64,000 bases of DNA from an uncultured Acidobacteriota bacterium (GTDB lineage: Bacteria > Acidobacteriota > Vicinamibacteria > Vicinamibacterales > UBA2999), in contig CAWJVW010000005.1 in NCBI GenBank assembly GCA_963846425.1, forward strand, positions 2,647,350-2,711,349. Reading direction: 5' to 3'. The translations under genes and the position numbers were made by a program. The number at the start of each line of letters is the position of its first letter. The first letter of the stretch is position 1. Below the pieces are notes generated by a model, which saw nothing but the letters and a program-made list of their open reading frames with translations, searched no databases and was not told the origin of the DNA. Shown here one piece after another: positions 62,261 to 64,000 of the stretch.

Positions 62261-62480
62261 CGCAGATATCGCAGATATGAAGTGGCTTGCGCGCGGCCGT
62301 AGGCCGCGTAGAAGACCGTGTGGGGGTGCGGGGATAAGTGAACCACATGTTCAATCCCGTTCACTTATCTCCGCACCCCCACACGGTCTTCTTAGCGCCC
62401 GCTACGCGGGCGCCGCAAGCCACTCTGTCGCAGATAAGATCATCTGTGTTCATCTGCGTTAATCGGCGTAATCTGCGGCG
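62261..62480. repeat. composite palindromic element (33-bp stem core 62311-62391) between lhr and nei
   Basis: gaagaccgtgtgggggtgcggggataagtgaac (62311-43) pairs with gttcacttatctccgcacccccacacggtcttc (62359-91) with 1 mismatch and a 15-nt loop. Flanking hairpins are gcggcc-gta-ggccgc and gcgcccgc-tac-gcgggcgc. The outer match is agtggcttgc/gcaagccact. CGCAGAT 9-10-mers occur on both sides. Confidence 0.85.
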
Positions 62481-64000
62481 GCCTTTGTCTCGGCGTCATC
62501 TGCGGTACCAGAGACATTCGCCCGTGCACGGCGGGCGACTCGAAGCTGCAGTCCCATTGCCGTGGCGGCGAAGCCAACCTCCAACAGGAACGGGGCCGCA
62601 GCGTCGGCCGCCGCCGCCGCGCCATTGATCTCTTCGATGAGCCAACCTCGACTTCCTTCAGGTGCGCGATGCGCGAGATTGACGAGCTCCTTCGCAAGCG
62701 CCCGTGCGATGCGTGAGCGATCGGGCTCGTCGGGCGGCAGCGCCACAAGCAGCGAGCGATCGCCTCGCGCAATCCATGCCGTCAGGCGGCCATCTACCAG
62801 CACCACGCGGGCGCCGGCCGACCGCGATGCTCTGAGCGGACTCGCCGTGCCAGACGGCCCCGCCCAATCCGGCCACGGCAGCATGGCGCCGTAAGGACTT
62901 GCGGGATCGGTTGCCGCAAGCGTGACGACGCTGGGGGTTTCGCCTTCCTCGCGCGCGGCGCGCAGCAAGTCAACGGCGCCAGGCTGCGCAAATTGCGCGG
63001 CACCAAGCCCGGTTACGAAATACCCGCGTCGCACACGGCCCGTTTCCTCCAGCCGGCGCAACACCGGATACACGGCGCTGAAGCCACCTGGGATCTGCTC
63101 GACGGAGGTGACCTCGCGGGTCACGATGCCGTGGCGAGTCAGGAGCTGCTGTGAAAACGCGGTGGCCCATTCTGTCAGCGATCGCATTTCAGGCGTCACA
63201 ATCGCGGTCCAGCGTCCCTCGGCCGATGGGGGAACGAGCCTGCGTGATCGAAAAGCCGTCGCGCGTCCCGGTCGTCGCGATCGCTCCGGCGGTCGCAAGT
63301 AGGCACGCAGCGCGTGCAGCGTGTCGTTGGTTACAAGGCCCTTCCACACGAGTGACCACAACGCGTCAACCGTTTCTTGCGGGAATCCGCCGCCAGTGGA
63401 CGCGTGGAGCGGTGCGAAGAATGCTGCACCCGAACCACGCAGCCGATCCAGGATCTCGGGCTCGCGGCCCGTCAAGGGCGTGGGAGTCGCGGCCTCCTTG
63501 AAGCCCTCACGAGGGGGCAGCAGCCGAGAGAGATGATCGGTGAGATACAAGGCGATCCGCCCGTCGCGATCCCCCAGCGGTTCTACGCCGATCCACGCCA
63601 CCTCGCCCGCGCCAAGCAGCGTGTCGAGCTGCGCCGGTATGTACCCGCGCACGCGGGCAGGCAGAATGTCGAATTCCAGCAGCGATGCCACGAGCGGGAC
63701 GCCCTGCAATTGCTCAATGACATCCAGCAAGGCATCGAGTCCACCGTGTGCCCGGTTGATGCCGTGCCATGCCGTGAGAAAGCGACTAAGCACCGGGGCC
63801 TCCACCGGTTCGACTTCCTGGCGGAGCCGAGCAAGCGAGCGCCGACGAATGCTGCGCAGGACGTCGGCATCACACCATTCGCGGCCGCGCCCGCCAGGCC
63901 GAAACGCACCCTCGACCACGCGGCCCGTGGCCGTAAGGCGCGCAAGAACTGTCTCGATGCCGGTCAGCGGAAGACCCAACCGTACGCTGATATCACTCGA
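62459..64000 (-). CDS. lhr: Lhr-family ATP-dependent helicase, C-terminal region (partial; 5' end beyond window)
   Basis: ...GRVVEGAFRPGGRGREWCDADVLRSIRRRSLARLRQEVEPV... and the following ~500 aa resemble the DEAD-associated/C-terminal domains of Lhr. The reading frame stays open to position 64000. Lhr-Nei adjacency is a known synteny. Confidence 0.7.
   Translation of the reverse strand, partial: SSDISVRLGLPLTGIETVLARLTATGRVVEGAFRPGGRGREWCDADVLRSIRRRSLARLRQEVEPVEAPVLSRFLTAWHGINRAHGGLDALLDVIEQLQGVPLVASLLEFDILPARVRGYIPAQLDTLLGAGEVAWIGVEPLGDRDGRIALYLTDHLSRLLPPREGFKEAATPTPLTGREPEILDRLRGSGAAFFAPLHASTGGGFPQETVDALWSLVWKGLVTNDTLHALRAYLRPPERSRRPGRATAFRSRRLVPPSAEGRWTAIVTPEMRSLTEWATAFSQQLLTRHGIVTREVTSVEQIPGGFSAVYPVLRRLEETGRVRRGYFVTGLGAAQFAQPGAVDLLRAAREEGETPSVVTLAATDPASPYGAMLPWPDWAGPSGTASPLRASRSAGARVVLVDGRLTAWIARGDRSLLVALPPDEPDRSRIARALAKELVNLAHRAPEGSRGWLIEEINGAAAAADAAAPFLLEVGFAATAMGLQLRVARRARANVSGTADDAETKAAADYAD

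Noticed and set aside
62203-62364. N-terminal extension of the nei ORF (MNGIEHVVHLSPHPHTVF...) and the mirrored + strand ORF 62338..62628
   Set aside because: Both are read through the palindromic element, which is why the same peptide VHLSPHPHTVF appears on both strands. Fpg/Nei enzymes require Pro2 after the initiator Met, which fixes the start at ATG 62202.
1-64000. Prophage, integrative element or defence island spanning part of the window
   Set aside because: I could recognise no integrase, transposase, phage structural genes, tRNA attachment site, restriction-modification, toxin-antitoxin or cas genes. The accessory character comes from hydrolase and permease paralogues rather than mobile-element hallmarks.

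Overview
This is a GC-rich bacterial chromosomal segment (about 60-65% GC by eye, not computed). It is gene-dense on both strands, with about 58 protein-coding genes or pseudogenes. I can support no rRNA, tRNA, CRISPR array, transposase or integrase.

The window holds four paralogues of the ~800-aa duplicated FtsX/MacB-type 'ADOP' orphan permease, a family typical of Acidobacteriota. That points to an acidobacterial origin, which is an inference.

Gene content:
- Many exported hydrolases: three beta-lactamase-fold serine hydrolases, a penicillin/AHL-acylase-family Ntn hydrolase, S9, S51 and M1 peptidases, esterases and a DUF1028 protein.
- A thyA-folA pair.
- A high density of DNA-repair genes: a split LigD ligase plus polymerase, a second LigC plus Prim-Pol pair, an Lhr helicase tail plus Nei glycosylase, and a DinB-family protein.

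Observations worth follow-up:
1. A two-gene module at 26222-29999. It pairs an SPFH (YdjI-like) protein fused to an excisionase-type HTH with a double zinc-ribbon/TM protein fused to an M1 metallopeptidase.
2. A GGGGACWGTCCCC palindrome family. An identical 21-bp copy lies just upstream of LigD-pol and at the thyA promoter. There are also two arrays of 3 x 20 bp.
3. A pervasive set of 7-9-bp tandem-repeat arrays placed at gene boundaries, often as inverted pairs. One pair of GATC octamer arrays brackets an SDR gene, and one heptamer array lies inside a coding region.
4. A ~200-bp composite palindrome with a 33-bp stem between lhr and nei.
5. Four apparently disrupted genes: three frameshifts and one in-frame stop.

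All functional calls come from reading the translated ORFs against remembered family motifs. No database search was run.
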